DNA of 64,000 nt from Porphyridium purpureum. Its lineage: Eukaryota. Both the position numbers and the translations under genes were made by a program. Positions 10,894-22,339 of the stretch are shown here, piece by piece. The notes under the pieces are model-generated. The model was not told the origin of the DNA and made no database searches. It saw nothing but the letters and a program-made list of their open reading frames with translations. The stretch lies in contig VRMN01000002.1 of NCBI GenBank assembly GCA_008690995.1, positions 992,001-1,056,000 of the forward strand, in the 5' to 3' direction. How positions within the stretch are numbered: the first letter of the stretch is position 1; each line of letters opens with the position of its first letter.

Positions 10894-12021
10894 TCAATCT
10901 TGATCTTGCTGGTTCATCCTTTCTTCGATCTTTGCGAGATAATTTGACTCGCTTAGCTTGAGGTTGCGACAACGGTCCTTGATGTCCACGCTAGTACGCG
11001 TCGGATTGATACCGAACCCGCTGAATTCCAGCCTAATCTTTGTCCATTGACCCCATCCGTGCTTCAGAAGCCCGCGAAAAATCGCCTCGTCCTCAGACTC
11101 CAACCATCGTTGGCGATTCCGAATCGGCTTTCCGGACTTGCCGATTCCAAGCGATCTCTTCTCGCCCTTGTTCCTGCGTCCTGTCGATGACGGTGTTGCT
11201 GTATCTGTACTGGAGGCTTCAATTGAACCAAGATTCGTTCCGTGTACCTCGTCGCGCAGTGTGAGGGCTTCTGGGACAGGCGGCAAGCCCGCGCCCTCCC
11301 ACAGCACGCTGTCCCCAACGGGCAAAGGACGGTGTTCTCCCCCGCGCAGCTGGTGATGTGGATAGTGATGATGCTCCTCATCTGCATCCGTTCCAATCGC
11401 CGCTGCCGCTGCAGCTGTTTCAATGGCGGCCGCCAAAGCGTAAGCCGCTGCCTCCTCCTCTGCAGTCTCTCCACGCGCAGCGTTCGGATTGCTCAGGCTG
11501 TTTCTGCGCGAAGGCTGCTCAAGCACTTGTCGAATCTGGTGATGGTGAACCTGCATCATCGGACCGTCGGCGGTGAAAAGAAGGTTTTCCGGCGGCGTCT
11601 CGATGCTATACGGCGCCTGCCAAGGCTGCGAATGGCGCAGTTCTCTCTGACTTTGCTGAACGTCCGACATGCCCTCACGCACCGCTCTCGTCGGAGCTGA
11701 TGCCCTCTGTCGATGGGCGCCACGTCGTGTGTCTTCTCGCTCGTGCATCGCGTCCAGAGCTAGTTGCAAAGGAAAGTTCGCAGCGTAACTGACGGACGAT
11801 CGCGGTTGCTTTCCATATGCGGCCCGTTCCCAGTACTGATGAGACTGAGGCGGCAGCTGATGAATTGGAAACGGCGGCGTCAGGCTGGCTAGCGGCGCGT
11901 CGTGATCGACAAACTCTGTCTCGAACTCGTGGCCCAGCATTTCTGGATCCCGACCCCCTTGCCGGGAGTCCTCTCTGCTAGGGCTGCCCTGCCGTGGGAC
12001 CTGCTTACCTCCGCGTGGCAT
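10894..12021 (-). CDS. Protein with a single C-terminal telobox-type Myb domain (TRF-like)
   Basis: 'RQRWLESEDEAIFRGLLKHGWGQWTKI...RTSVDIKDRCRNL' resembles the telobox consensus (VDLKDKWRNL); low-complexity N-terminus. Confidence 0.8.
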   Translation of the reverse strand: MPRGGKQVPRQGSPSREDSRQGGRDPEMLGHEFETEFVDHDAPLASLTPPFPIHQLPPQSHQYWERAAYGKQPRSSVSYAANFPLQLALDAMHEREDTRRGAHRQRASAPTRAVREGMSDVQQSQRELRHSQPWQAPYSIETPPENLLFTADGPMMQVHHHQIRQVLEQPSRRNSLSNPNAARGETAEEEAAAYALAAAIETAAAAAAIGTDADEEHHHYPHHQLRGGEHRPLPVGDSVLWEGAGLPPVPEALTLRDEVHGTNLGSIEASSTDTATPSSTGRRNKGEKRSLGIGKSGKPIRNRQRWLESEDEAIFRGLLKHGWGQWTKIRLEFSGFGINPTRTSVDIKDRCRNLKLSESNYLAKIEERMNQQDQD

Positions 12022-14620
12022 ATCCCGTCAGGCCCGAGCCATGGAAGAGTACGGTGCGCTTGCTGACTGCTGCCATTGCTCGCCGGTCTGAGTTGCAGCA
12101 GCGGACGCGACCGAGTCCCCATTTATAAGATTCGAATGTCGCCAAGCCTCATGTGTGACATCTCGCCCGAGCGGAACGCAGCGCACACGTAATGCTCCCA
12201 TTCCACGACTCAGCCGCTGCTTTGAGCCTCTACCGACCCTTACCCAACACGTCAGGCGCCGCGACATTCTCCGAAAAGCTTGCAACTGGCGAACCGCACT
12301 GCATGCGTTGTGGCATCGCGCAAAATTCACGTGAACACGCACAAGCACACTAACAACAAAAACAACTCAAAAAACAAACCATGAAAAAGAACCTCTCTAC
12401 AAGCGCTCGACGCGAGCTGCGCGGCTTTGCTGCTTTTTTAACGATTTGAAAAAGAATTCACGCGCGCTCGAGTTGGGATTTGTGGGCAACGACAGTGTCG
12501 TAGCGATATCAAATAATCATGAAAAATGACCACCGCACGGTAGCTTGCTGCCGACGCGTGGCGACTTGCTCGGCCGGATGTCGTCAATTGATCGTGGTCA
12601 TATGAAACCACGCTCGATCTGCATGTATAGATCGAGCACGCTTGCTATTAAAACGCGGTTGCCATACTATAACGGAAAATTCGGCGGGTGCAAGCGGCGG
12701 AGAGGAGGTGAGGGGCGGGGGGCTGTCCCCCTCCGGCGGCTCAGTTGGTTTGTTGTCACTGTTGTTTCTTGTGATTGTGGTGGTTATGTTGGCGGCTCAC
12801 GGATGGACACGCCGTCGCTGTGCGGTGATGAGGATTTATCGATGCATGGGTTTCCACGAGCTGATGGTAGTTTGGAGGTGTTTTAGTAGCACGTGAGTAC
12901 CGCGTGGCTGGACAGCACGTGAACGACGATGAGAGACAACACATCACCCGCGCCATCATCATCCTGGCCCCTAACCCTGGCGCGTGAAACAAAACGCATG
13001 ACAGCAAGTGTTGCTCGTTTTGCGTTTCGAAAACACGGAATTTGCTATAGACAGCACACCGCTGCAGCGCGCGCGATCCTGTTTGCCAGCGAAGGATGAC
13101 GGCCCATGGCGTGCGCGGACGCGCCCAAAGCCGCTTTGCGAGGTGCACCACCGTCGAGCCGCCGCTGAAATGGATTCGTCCGCAACGCTTTTTGGATTCA
13201 GGATGAGTTGGTTCTACCATGCGCGACGTTGCCACCGAGCACGACACGGTTCAAGCATCAACTTCATTAGTAGGCAAGCCGCGTTTTAGAGCCGCTCGAG
13301 CTCCCGTACCGGAATTTACGCAGGGAGTAAGGTTTTTCTTCTTCTCACACACGCTTCTTCATTGTTCGTGGCCTTGCGCAATCCATTTTTACTCCTTTGC
13401 GTCGGATTTATAACGACACGTGCCGTATCCTCCCACTTTCGAAGCCCGCCGATGGTGGCATCAAAAAGCTCAAACAAGCGCGTTCGTGCTAGACATGCTC
13501 AAAAATGCGCGAGGAATTGTGATTAGCCGATCCGAAAGAAGCTGCACCCGACATGAAACGAATCCAATTACAGCACTGTGTTCTCGGCTCGAATTGCGTG
13601 CTCCTCCGACTGGCTTGATCGAAATAGAATCTTTGCGGTCGCAGAGAAAGCCTGGTTCAGATCGCACTGCACACTCATCCAAAACGGTCAGGCATTCTCT
13701 GCTTACTAACCTACTCCCCACAGAACCTTCAATCACTTCCTTGTGCAGGTGTGATCGTTGACTCGTCCTCTCGGCTCGCGCCAACCCTGTATATGTCACG
13801 AGAACGACGCACAGAGACGAAGCCGCCGCAGCATCCACTCATTTCGCCCGCTCATGTCTGCCAGGGTTGACCTTGGGGATTTATTCCTGGGATTCGAGGT
13901 TAAATACTTCGCGTATCAGTATCTGTGACGTAGCCTCACTTTGGGATTTTCTGCGAGGCTCGGTGCAGGACGAGCCTTGCATCTCGAGGTGTTTGAAGTC
14001 TCCTGCAGATTCTCCAGTGATTCGTTGCTCGCCTGAGCCCAGCATCATGCTGGAAAGTTCCATGGCTTTCGAATGACCAACCACCTTGTGAACTGGTTTT
14101 ACAGAATGGGATGCGACGCTGTGTGCTCCAGCTCTGGCACCAAGGTTGACGCATGTCCCTTTGGTCTTCTCACTTGGATATCGCGGATACACATACACGG
14201 TCGTTCTACTGAGCAGTAAGTTGCAGACGACTCTGTGTGAACGTGTCCACGTCGACATACCCATGTGCCAAGCACATACGCTTTAAGGTCCTCGCGTCCT
14301 AATCCGCCACCATCGCTTTATTAATATTTAAAATAATTTAAAATAGAGGTTAAAGAATGACAAAGTGTACGCGTCTCGCTGTTGCTTCGCCGTGACGGAC
14401 TGGTTTGGTCTCGGACGCGAGCGGAAAGGAAACGTCGCTGTGTGCGATTCCCGCTGGGAGAACGTATTGTATCCCTGAGTCTGCGTTCATGAGGAGTCAA
14501 GCACGGCGCTCCTGCAGCTCGCTGTGAATTTCGACCGCGCGAGGACTTGGACCGTGTGTGCTTGAAAGACGCTCAGCGCAAGCCGGCGGCGAAGAGTTTG
14601 AGGTGTGAGCATCTGTCGCG

Positions 14621-16228
14621 ATGAGCGCTTCGGGTGAAGCTCCAGCAGCCGATCTTATGGCTGTGCCGGCCGCTGCTGCGCAGGGAGAAGGTACGAGCGC
14701 GGGCGGAGAAGCGCCGCAACAAAAGCCCCAGATGTCGAGCACGGCGCCGCGGGAAGTGGATTGGGCTGCGGAGGGTGATGACTCGGAGGAAGGCGACAAG
14801 GAGGATGGCGACAAGGAACCGCTGCCAGAGACGCAGGACTCTGGCGAAGCACCTGTCAAGTCTGCGTCGGACGATGCCGCGGCTGCCGAACTTGGTGGCG
14901 CAGTGGCCGGCTTGGTGGTCGCTGATGACGATATTGGTGGTCAGCACTTAGGCGGTATCGACCCGCTCGACGGCGGCGCAGAGGTCGAGGTGGTGCAGGC
15001 CGATCCGAACAAACCGTACTTTTCAGCGGCACGGTTTGAAGATCTGCATCTGAGCAAAGAGCTGCTCCAGGGTGTGTATAGCAATAAGTTTCAGAAGCCG
15101 TCCAAGATCCAGGCGACATCGTTGCCTCTAATCTTGAACCGCGATGAGCATGGCATGTACAAAAACCTGATAGGACAAGCGCACAATGGATCCGGAAAGA
15201 CGGCGTGCTTTGTGCTCGGCATGTTGAGCCGCATTGACGCCAACGAAAAGACGGTCCAGGCTGTCTGCGTGGTACCCACGCGCGAGCTCGCGCGCCAGAT
15301 TGAGGATGTGGTGCTCGCCCTCGGGAAGTTTACGAAAATCGAGACGTTTCTTGCCGTGGCGGCGACAGAGGAGGAGAAGAAGGCTCCCAGGGTCAAAAAA
15401 GTTACCGCCCAGGTTGTGATTGGGACACCGGGCAAGCTGATGAATCTGCTGAAATTCAAAAACATCGATGCCAACACGGTGCGAGTCTTTGTGCTCGACG
15501 AGGCCGATGTGATGGTGGCTACGCAGGGCATGGGCGACCAGTCCATGCGCATTAAGCGCTACATGCCGAGCAACGTACAGACCCTGCTGTTCAGCGCCAC
15601 GTTTGCTGACGAGGTGCGCGAGCTGGCGGACATGCTGGCGCCCGCTGCGAACAAAATTGTTGTCAAACGCGAGCAGCTTTCGCTGGACTCGATCAAGCAG
15701 TACTGCTTTGACTGCGGCCGGAACGGCAAGGACACGCGCATGGAGGTTTTGAGCGACATCTATGGCTTCCTGACGATCGGCCAGTCTGTAATTTTTGTAG
15801 AGATGCGAAGGTCGGCGTCAGAGCTGGCGACCAATATGCGCAACGAGGGACACTCGGTTTCGCTTTTAATTGGCGAACTGCAGCCGGCGGAGCGTGACAA
15901 GGTTATTGACGAGTTTCGCGCCGGCACCACCAAAGTGCTGATTGCAACCAACGTGATGGCTCGCGGAATTGACATCCAGCAAGTGACGGTCGTCATCAAC
16001 TATGACATGCCCGTGCAAGGCCGCTACCCGAGCGTCGAGGCGGACCCGGAAAACTACTTACATCGTATTGGCCGAACCGGCCGCTTTGGCCGCAAGGGCA
16101 TTGCCATCAACTTTGTGTACGACACGACGAGCAGGAAGATCATGTCCGACATTGAGAAGTACTACCAGCGGCCCGTGACGGTGGTGAACGATGTGGAAGA
16201 ACTAGAGAAGCGCATTCAAGAACTGTAA
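14621..16228 (+). CDS. DBP5: DEAD-box RNA helicase DBP5/DDX19 (mRNA export)
   Basis: 'FQKPSKIQ', 'QAHNGSGKT', 'PTRELA', 'DEAD', 'SAT', 'YLHRIGRTGRFG'. Confidence 0.95.
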   Translation: MSASGEAPAADLMAVPAAAAQGEGTSAGGEAPQQKPQMSSTAPREVDWAAEGDDSEEGDKEDGDKEPLPETQDSGEAPVKSASDDAAAAELGGAVAGLVVADDDIGGQHLGGIDPLDGGAEVEVVQADPNKPYFSAARFEDLHLSKELLQGVYSNKFQKPSKIQATSLPLILNRDEHGMYKNLIGQAHNGSGKTACFVLGMLSRIDANEKTVQAVCVVPTRELARQIEDVVLALGKFTKIETFLAVAATEEEKKAPRVKKVTAQVVIGTPGKLMNLLKFKNIDANTVRVFVLDEADVMVATQGMGDQSMRIKRYMPSNVQTLLFSATFADEVRELADMLAPAANKIVVKREQLSLDSIKQYCFDCGRNGKDTRMEVLSDIYGFLTIGQSVIFVEMRRSASELATNMRNEGHSVSLLIGELQPAERDKVIDEFRAGTTKVLIATNVMARGIDIQQVTVVINYDMPVQGRYPSVEADPENYLHRIGRTGRFGRKGIAINFVYDTTSRKIMSDIEKYYQRPVTVVNDVEELEKRIQEL

Positions 16229-17027
16229 AGCGAACGGCCCTGGCGATGTCACGTAGATGATCAAATTTGCGCGCGCAGCTCTCATGCTGCAGCTCCAGTC
16301 CCAGCACGCTTCCGAAACCCCCACCACCTTCCCTCATATCAACCATCGCGCAGCATGAGTGCACCGGCCACGGCGCAGTATGACTGCACTGGCCACGACG
16401 CATCTTGGCTGTCTGGAAATTCCGAAACGTGGTCCAGACCCGAACTCGGCCCAACACCCAGCCACCCCAACTCCCACATCACAGTACGCACAGTACCAAC
16501 AGTACCTAGTGTACTGGCCGCGCCAAGACGGAGGGCGCGCGGTGGGAGCGGTTTTGAGCTCGGCGTTTGTGCTGGCTTACTTCCTTCTCATTGGGGAACG
16601 GAACCGGACGCACCCGGACCGGTCTCGGGTGGACGTATCAGCATGTATACAATAAAGCTGCGCGCTTTTATAGCAAACGGATTGAGCGTCTGTCTGTTGC
16701 GTGCTTTTTCGACGTGTGCGGGTGTGCGCCGTAAAACGCGCGTCCGCAAAACGGGCCGAAGCGCTGCGGGCGCCCAATGCGGCCTGGCGGGATCACAGAA
16801 CATTGCGCAGCCTGGGTGAGACCACGCAGTAGTGGAATGTGTGTTTCGTGCGCGTTTGCGTGTGTGCGGGCGTGCGGCACGGTCTCGGTACGTTTCGGCG
16901 TGCGTCAGAGTGAAGAGTCCGCACGTTCAACAAGGGTGAGGCGCAGCAGCGTGGGTTGGCGAGGGTGAGTGAGCGAGAGGTGAAGGGCAAGGTGGTGGAT
17001 CGACGGAGTAGCGCGTGGGTGGGTGCA

Positions 17028-18263
17028 ATGTTCGCAGGATTTGTGCCAAGTGGCGGTGTCGCGTCGGTGAGAACCTCGGCGAGGAGTGTGAACGACAGAG
17101 TAAGCGGCGCGCGCGTGGCTGTGAGGAGAAATGGAGCGTCCACGACGGTGCGCATGACCGCAGCGGTGCCGTCGACCAATGCGAAAAGCCTCGTGGGTGC
17201 CACTGTGGCGCCCAACCCAGAGTTCGAAAAGTTCGCCAAGCCCCCGCCGTTCACGATGGAGGAGGTGCGAAAGGCGATTCCGCAGGAATGCTGGCGGAAG
17301 GACGCGACCAAGTCGACGATGTACTTGCTCAGAGACTTGGTGACCATCGCCGTGCTTGCGGCAATTGCGGTCAAGGCCGCAAACCCGTTGGTGTGGGCCC
17401 TTTACACGCTCGCCCAGGGCACATTGTTCTGGGCTCTTTTTGTGGTCGGGCACGACTGTGGCCACGGATCGTACAGCAATAGCAGTTTGCTGAACGAAAT
17501 TGTCGGCCATCTCACGCACGCGTCCATCCTAGTGCCGTTCCATGGCTGGCGTATCAGCCATCGCACACATCACGCGAATCACGCAAATGTGGACAAGGAC
17601 GAGAGCTGGTATCCGTACTCGAAAAAGGATTACGACGAGATGAGCCTGTCAAGGAGAATGTTCCGCTTTGAGCTGCCCGTGGCACTATTTGGCTACCCCG
17701 TGTACCTGTTCAAGAACACGCCGAACAAAACGGGCTCGCACTGGTTGCCCGGGTCGCGCTTGTTCAAGCCGAGCGAGGCAGGTATGGTTGTGCGTAGCAC
17801 ACTGTCGTGCATCGCAATGCTCGGGCTGCTCGCCGCAGTGGGCGCAAAGATCGGGCTGGCAATGCTGGCCAAGCTTTACATGGGTCCGCTGGTTGTGTTT
17901 TGGGCGTGGCTCGCGGCCGTGACGTATCTGCACCACACGGACGAGTCGGTTCCGTCGTACCGCAACGAAGAGTGGAACTACTTCCGCGGTGCGCTCAGTA
18001 CCGTGGACCGCGATTTTGGCCCTCTCATCGACAGCGTGCACCACCACATCGGTTGGCACGTTGTGCATCACACATTCCCGCAGATCCCGCACTACAACCT
18101 TGTGAAGGCTACTGAAGCAGTCAAGCCGGTGCTCGGCGAGTACTACCGTGAGCCCGAACGGTCAGGTTTCATGCCATGGCACCTGGTCCGCAGCTTGGGC
18201 GACTCGTTTAAGAAGTGCCGCTGGGTCGACAATGAGGGCGACGTGGTCTTCTACAAGCACTAG
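17028..18263 (+). CDS. Omega-3-type membrane fatty acid desaturase, plastid-targeted
   Basis: His boxes HDCGH, HRTHH, HVVHH; 'FWALFVVGHDCGHGS', 'PQIPHYNLVKAT'; 'MFAGFV' transit peptide from ATG 17028. Confidence 0.92.
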   Translation: MFAGFVPSGGVASVRTSARSVNDRVSGARVAVRRNGASTTVRMTAAVPSTNAKSLVGATVAPNPEFEKFAKPPPFTMEEVRKAIPQECWRKDATKSTMYLLRDLVTIAVLAAIAVKAANPLVWALYTLAQGTLFWALFVVGHDCGHGSYSNSSLLNEIVGHLTHASILVPFHGWRISHRTHHANHANVDKDESWYPYSKKDYDEMSLSRRMFRFELPVALFGYPVYLFKNTPNKTGSHWLPGSRLFKPSEAGMVVRSTLSCIAMLGLLAAVGAKIGLAMLAKLYMGPLVVFWAWLAAVTYLHHTDESVPSYRNEEWNYFRGALSTVDRDFGPLIDSVHHHIGWHVVHHTFPQIPHYNLVKATEAVKPVLGEYYREPERSGFMPWHLVRSLGDSFKKCRWVDNEGDVVFYKH

Positions 18264-18669
18264 GTTGAGAAGCAAGCTAGGACCCTCTAGCTCAAGCGCG
18301 CACGCTATTTTGCCAACGTCTTGATTTTAAGTTTTGGGACAGAAGAAGAGGGCTCGATTGACGGTCCGTCGATGCCTTGCTCCTTCGCCGTCAAAGTTTT
18401 GAAATAGTATGCGGATACTTGGTCCGCGCGTGGCAGCGGCGATGGCTGTGTCATTGTGGAGAGTGTCCCGCACGGTAGGCTTGTGGCTCCTCATGGTCAC
18501 ATCATGAGCGCCGTGTTTCGGTTCGTTGAGAAGACACATATTAAAGAAGAAGTGCTGGCGTACAACCACGATGATTTCATTCGCGCGAGGACGGCTTGAC
18601 GCCCGCCACGTTGTCTAAAAGCCACATTTCGCTGGAAAAGGAAGGCCGGGAGCTGCCCACCCGTACTCA

Positions 18670-20100
18670 CTAGCTACTGTGCGCTTCGCAAAACTGCTGA
18701 ATGCGGTCCATTGCCTCTGAAAGCACCTCGCGCGGAGCGGCGAAAACAATGCGCACGAATCCGGGCGCCTCAAAGCATTGGCCAGGAAGGACGAAGACGG
18801 CTTGCTCGGCGTACAAGGCTTTGGTGAACTCCATATCATCACGAAAGCCCAATCGGTCCAAATCGATGCGCACCATGAGATACAATGCACCGCCCGGCTC
18901 CAAGGGCTGCAGTGCCGGAGCCCGCCCAAGTCGCTGTACGCAGAGCATGGCGTTCGCTTGGAGCGTTGAAAGCAAGGAATTGACATTCTGCTGCACCGAT
19001 ACGGACGACCGGTCCATCAAAGTGGGCAGCACAGCCTGTACAAGCATGCTGGGAATTAGCATGCGCATGGTCAACATGTTGAGCGCATTTCGCATCCCGG
19101 CATGTTCCAGGATGTTGTGCCGGTCGTGCACAAGCACCCAACCCAAGCGCCAGCCAGGCACCACGTATCGCTTGCTGATTCCGCCCAAAACCAGCACGGG
19201 CGCATCGCGGGATGCTTCGGCAGCGGAAACAAAGGTGTTTGGTGGGAAGACCATATCTGCGTATATCTCGTCTGCCAACACGACCAGCTTGAGCTCAGCT
19301 GCCAGCTCCACCACCTTCTGTACGTGCTCGGCACTCCATACCGAGCCGCATGGGTTGCTCGGATTGTTTAATACAACGGCACGTGTGCGGTCGTCCACCG
19401 CAGCGCGAATCGAGTCCAAATTCGCTTCCCACTGTCGATCAGGATCAATCAAGTAGCGCTTGCACTCGATCCCAAGATTACCGGCCGTCGTCATGAACAA
19501 TGGGAATCCCGGCTGGGGGACCAGCACATTGTCTCCTGGGTCGGCTACGGCGCCCAGAGCAAGCTCCAACGCACCCGATCCGCCCGCGGTTAGATAGACG
19601 TCGCGCGCCTCAAGCGGTGCGAGCGGAGTGGAGAAGAACTCAGCCACTGCACGGCGGGATTCCAGCACACCCATCGATGGCGGGTATCCATTGACTGTCC
19701 CACCGAGCACGAGCTGCGCCAAAGCTTCCTCTGCCTCGCGGGGCGGTTTCAAGTTGCCGTATACGGTGGGGTCCCCGATCGAAAGGTCTATTTTTGCCAG
19801 CGCCGGGTTGGGCTTCACGTCAATACCTTGCACGAGCCTTCGAATCGGGTTGACTGTATTCTCTGCGCGCTTCGACCCTTTCACATGCTCCCACGACCTG
19901 TGCACCGACGCGGCCGTGCCACTCACACTATCCGAGCTCTTGTTCTCGAGAATCATCGTCACACGTGCCGCTGTCTTCTCCGCAGCCGCATCGTGGGGGC
20001 GCATTTTCGCAGCCGCCCTTGCCGGACGAACGCGCGGTGGCGAACGAGCCCGGCTTGGTGCCGCTAGATTCGCTATACCAGCCCCAAAGGCCGCAGTCAT
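18670..20100 (-). CDS. TAT: Tyrosine aminotransferase family (PLP-dependent class I)
   Basis: 'NPIR', 'LSIGDPT', 'NNPSNPCGSVW', 'ADEIY', 'GISKRYVVPGWRLGW'; first ATG at 20100. Confidence 0.92.
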   Translation of the reverse strand: MTAAFGAGIANLAAPSRARSPPRVRPARAAAKMRPHDAAAEKTAARVTMILENKSSDSVSGTAASVHRSWEHVKGSKRAENTVNPIRRLVQGIDVKPNPALAKIDLSIGDPTVYGNLKPPREAEEALAQLVLGGTVNGYPPSMGVLESRRAVAEFFSTPLAPLEARDVYLTAGGSGALELALGAVADPGDNVLVPQPGFPLFMTTAGNLGIECKRYLIDPDRQWEANLDSIRAAVDDRTRAVVLNNPSNPCGSVWSAEHVQKVVELAAELKLVVLADEIYADMVFPPNTFVSAAEASRDAPVLVLGGISKRYVVPGWRLGWVLVHDRHNILEHAGMRNALNMLTMRMLIPSMLVQAVLPTLMDRSSVSVQQNVNSLLSTLQANAMLCVQRLGRAPALQPLEPGGALYLMVRIDLDRLGFRDDMEFTKALYAEQAVFVLPGQCFEAPGFVRIVFAAPREVLSEAMDRIQQFCEAHSS

Positions 20101-20222
20101 GATGGCGCACACGCTGCCCTCTTGCCGTCAGATTGGATGTGTAAGGGTTAACGTGGAAAAACTGTCGGCGACATGCTGCACTTTGAAGCAAGGGGGGGAC
20201 ATAGAAGACGCACGATTCAAGC

Positions 20223-22235
20223 ATGGGTCAAGGGCGCGGTTCTCGGCACTTTGGAGTGAAACTAAGCGTGGTGCTACTAGACCATGTGCCCCTGGGACAC
20301 TCAATGTTTGTCGCGTCGTGGATGCATGTACGTCGCGGTGCAAGTGCGGCAGCCAAACCAGAACACGGCGAGACAGGAGCGCGGTTAGCGAAAAACAATC
20401 AAGTTGTATGGAATGAGACATTCAATTTCACGGTGCGCATTTCGTCCCCTTCAACTGACCCGCACCAGCTCGAGCGGTCGCTTGTGAGCGTAGATATCAA
20501 CGAATACGAGCGGCAGAACGCCTCAAAGGCGATGCCGTTTGGAACTGTTCAGTTTGATCTCTCCGAGTTTGCCGGCATAGGCAATGTGACGCGCACCTTC
20601 TTGTTGCGGGACTGTCGGCTTAACAGCATGTTGAGAATCGAGCTGGTAATCAAGTTGACATACGGTGATCGTATTTTCCGGCGGACTTCGTCCGCAGTGT
20701 CACGTGCCGGACAGGGCAGCAAGTTGATTGCCGACACTGTCGACGACTTCAGCGCAGATAGCGAGGGTGTCGGAGACGATAATGCAGGTCTCCTATCTGA
20801 CTTAACACACGGCACGGGCAGTGTGCGAGCCGGAAATACGATTGACTTGATTCACAGAAATGCCACGAAGCGGAAATCTGTTGCCGATGCATTGGAGAAA
20901 TTGCCGACGCGCGGCGAGGCCTTGATGAAGGAGAGGTACGAGCTGTACACAAGAAAGCAGTATCCAGAGTACGTCGAGCGATCTCGCATTGATGCGCGTT
21001 CGAGCGTGGAATTGCTGCTGGATAGCGTAAATTTGCTCGAATATGAAGATCGTGCGAGGGCAACAGACAAGGCCAAACTGGACCTCCGCACACTTGTTGG
21101 AACCAAGACCGCGTCTGCCGGGCGTAGTATATCGAATCGCCAGCTAGGCGAAGGCATTACTGATCGGTTAAAGTCCCGAAAATTTACAGGTATGCCGCGC
21201 GAAACACGGTCGCTGAAGCATCGAGCCAGCAGTCTAAGCGGTGGAGATGTCCTCGACACGTCAGGATCCTTTCGGAGTACGGCGTCGGGCCTTTTCTTTG
21301 GCGATGAGCTGTTCCTTTCAGGGCGTTCGGACTCGCAGGACGAAGTACCAGACATCGCCGAGGATAAGGACAAGGCATACCTTGATGTTGGAATGATACA
21401 GGAACGGTACAGCACGCGTGGCGAAGTCAAGAAAAATGCCAACAAGAATATTTCTGATTGGAAGCGCGCAGATGCACAGCAGCCGTCCATCCTCATCAAT
21501 TTCGCTGAAAAGGCGCAACAGAAACGGAACCGTGCTCTCGAAGAGCGCGAATCAAATGCTGAGAGCGCGTCGGAAGCGGAGCACATGATGAACCGTAATG
21601 ACTCTAGGAACACGAACGACTCGGTTCCCGAACTTGACCTGTCGAACACTTTTGAGGCTTACGGCGGCGTGGGGTTCTCCTCTGCTAGTGGCATCGAAAC
21701 GTCTGGCATCGTTGGCTCCACTCCTCGCTCTCGGCGGTCCCGGATGAAAAGCAAGCTGCGGGCCAAGAGTATGAAGGATTTGACACAGGGAAGTGCCGAC
21801 GAAGCCAGCACGTACGACGAGATGAGCGGGGTTGCCAAACTGGCGCCGCCCTTAAATGAAACGGTGCGCAGCGCGCGCTCGCGCACGATGAGCAGGGCAC
21901 GAAGCCAGGGCTCTAAAGACCTCTCGCATTTTGTCACGGACGAACCCGACGATGGGTGGGCGGCGGGGCAAGTGCTGCTGAATAAGCCTCGTTCGCGCGC
22001 CGAGTCACGGAACAGAGCGGCCAGTCGCCGTAACCGCGATGGCGTGAAAGGTGTTCATGAATTGCCACTTGACGCAGACTCATTCGTCCCTTCCGGCGTA
22101 GAATCAGAGAAACGCACCTCCATTTGGAGCAAGCCCCGTGCAAAGAGCACACGAGCCCTCGAGGCTTTAGCTATTGATGCTGGTGCACCGGACATCGCAA
22201 GTTCCTTTGAGGACGGGGCCGTGCGTGAAAGTTGA
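20223..22235 (+). CDS. NT-C2 (EEIG1/FAM102-like) domain protein
   Basis: N-terminal 'VVWNETF', 'FGTVQFDLSEFAG', 'FLLRDCRLNSMLRI'; long low-complexity C-terminus. Confidence 0.75.
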   Translation: MGQGRGSRHFGVKLSVVLLDHVPLGHSMFVASWMHVRRGASAAAKPEHGETGARLAKNNQVVWNETFNFTVRISSPSTDPHQLERSLVSVDINEYERQNASKAMPFGTVQFDLSEFAGIGNVTRTFLLRDCRLNSMLRIELVIKLTYGDRIFRRTSSAVSRAGQGSKLIADTVDDFSADSEGVGDDNAGLLSDLTHGTGSVRAGNTIDLIHRNATKRKSVADALEKLPTRGEALMKERYELYTRKQYPEYVERSRIDARSSVELLLDSVNLLEYEDRARATDKAKLDLRTLVGTKTASAGRSISNRQLGEGITDRLKSRKFTGMPRETRSLKHRASSLSGGDVLDTSGSFRSTASGLFFGDELFLSGRSDSQDEVPDIAEDKDKAYLDVGMIQERYSTRGEVKKNANKNISDWKRADAQQPSILINFAEKAQQKRNRALEERESNAESASEAEHMMNRNDSRNTNDSVPELDLSNTFEAYGGVGFSSASGIETSGIVGSTPRSRRSRMKSKLRAKSMKDLTQGSADEASTYDEMSGVAKLAPPLNETVRSARSRTMSRARSQGSKDLSHFVTDEPDDGWAAGQVLLNKPRSRAESRNRAASRRNRDGVKGVHELPLDADSFVPSGVESEKRTSIWSKPRAKSTRALEALAIDAGAPDIASSFEDGAVRES

Positions 22236-22339
22236 GAGGTACAGCAGGAATTTTTGGATTTGTTGTATAAGACGAATGCATCGAGAGCGACCGAGTCCGT
22301 GAAGAGCGACCGAAGGTATACAGGAATTTTTGCGCAAAC

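Noticed and set aside
12825..12865. GTGATGA...CTGA pair
   Set aside because: About 40 nt, too short for a box C/D snoRNA
13470..14264. Two ~125-aa minus-strand ORFs
   Set aside because: No recognisable domain or convincing coding signal; left unannotated
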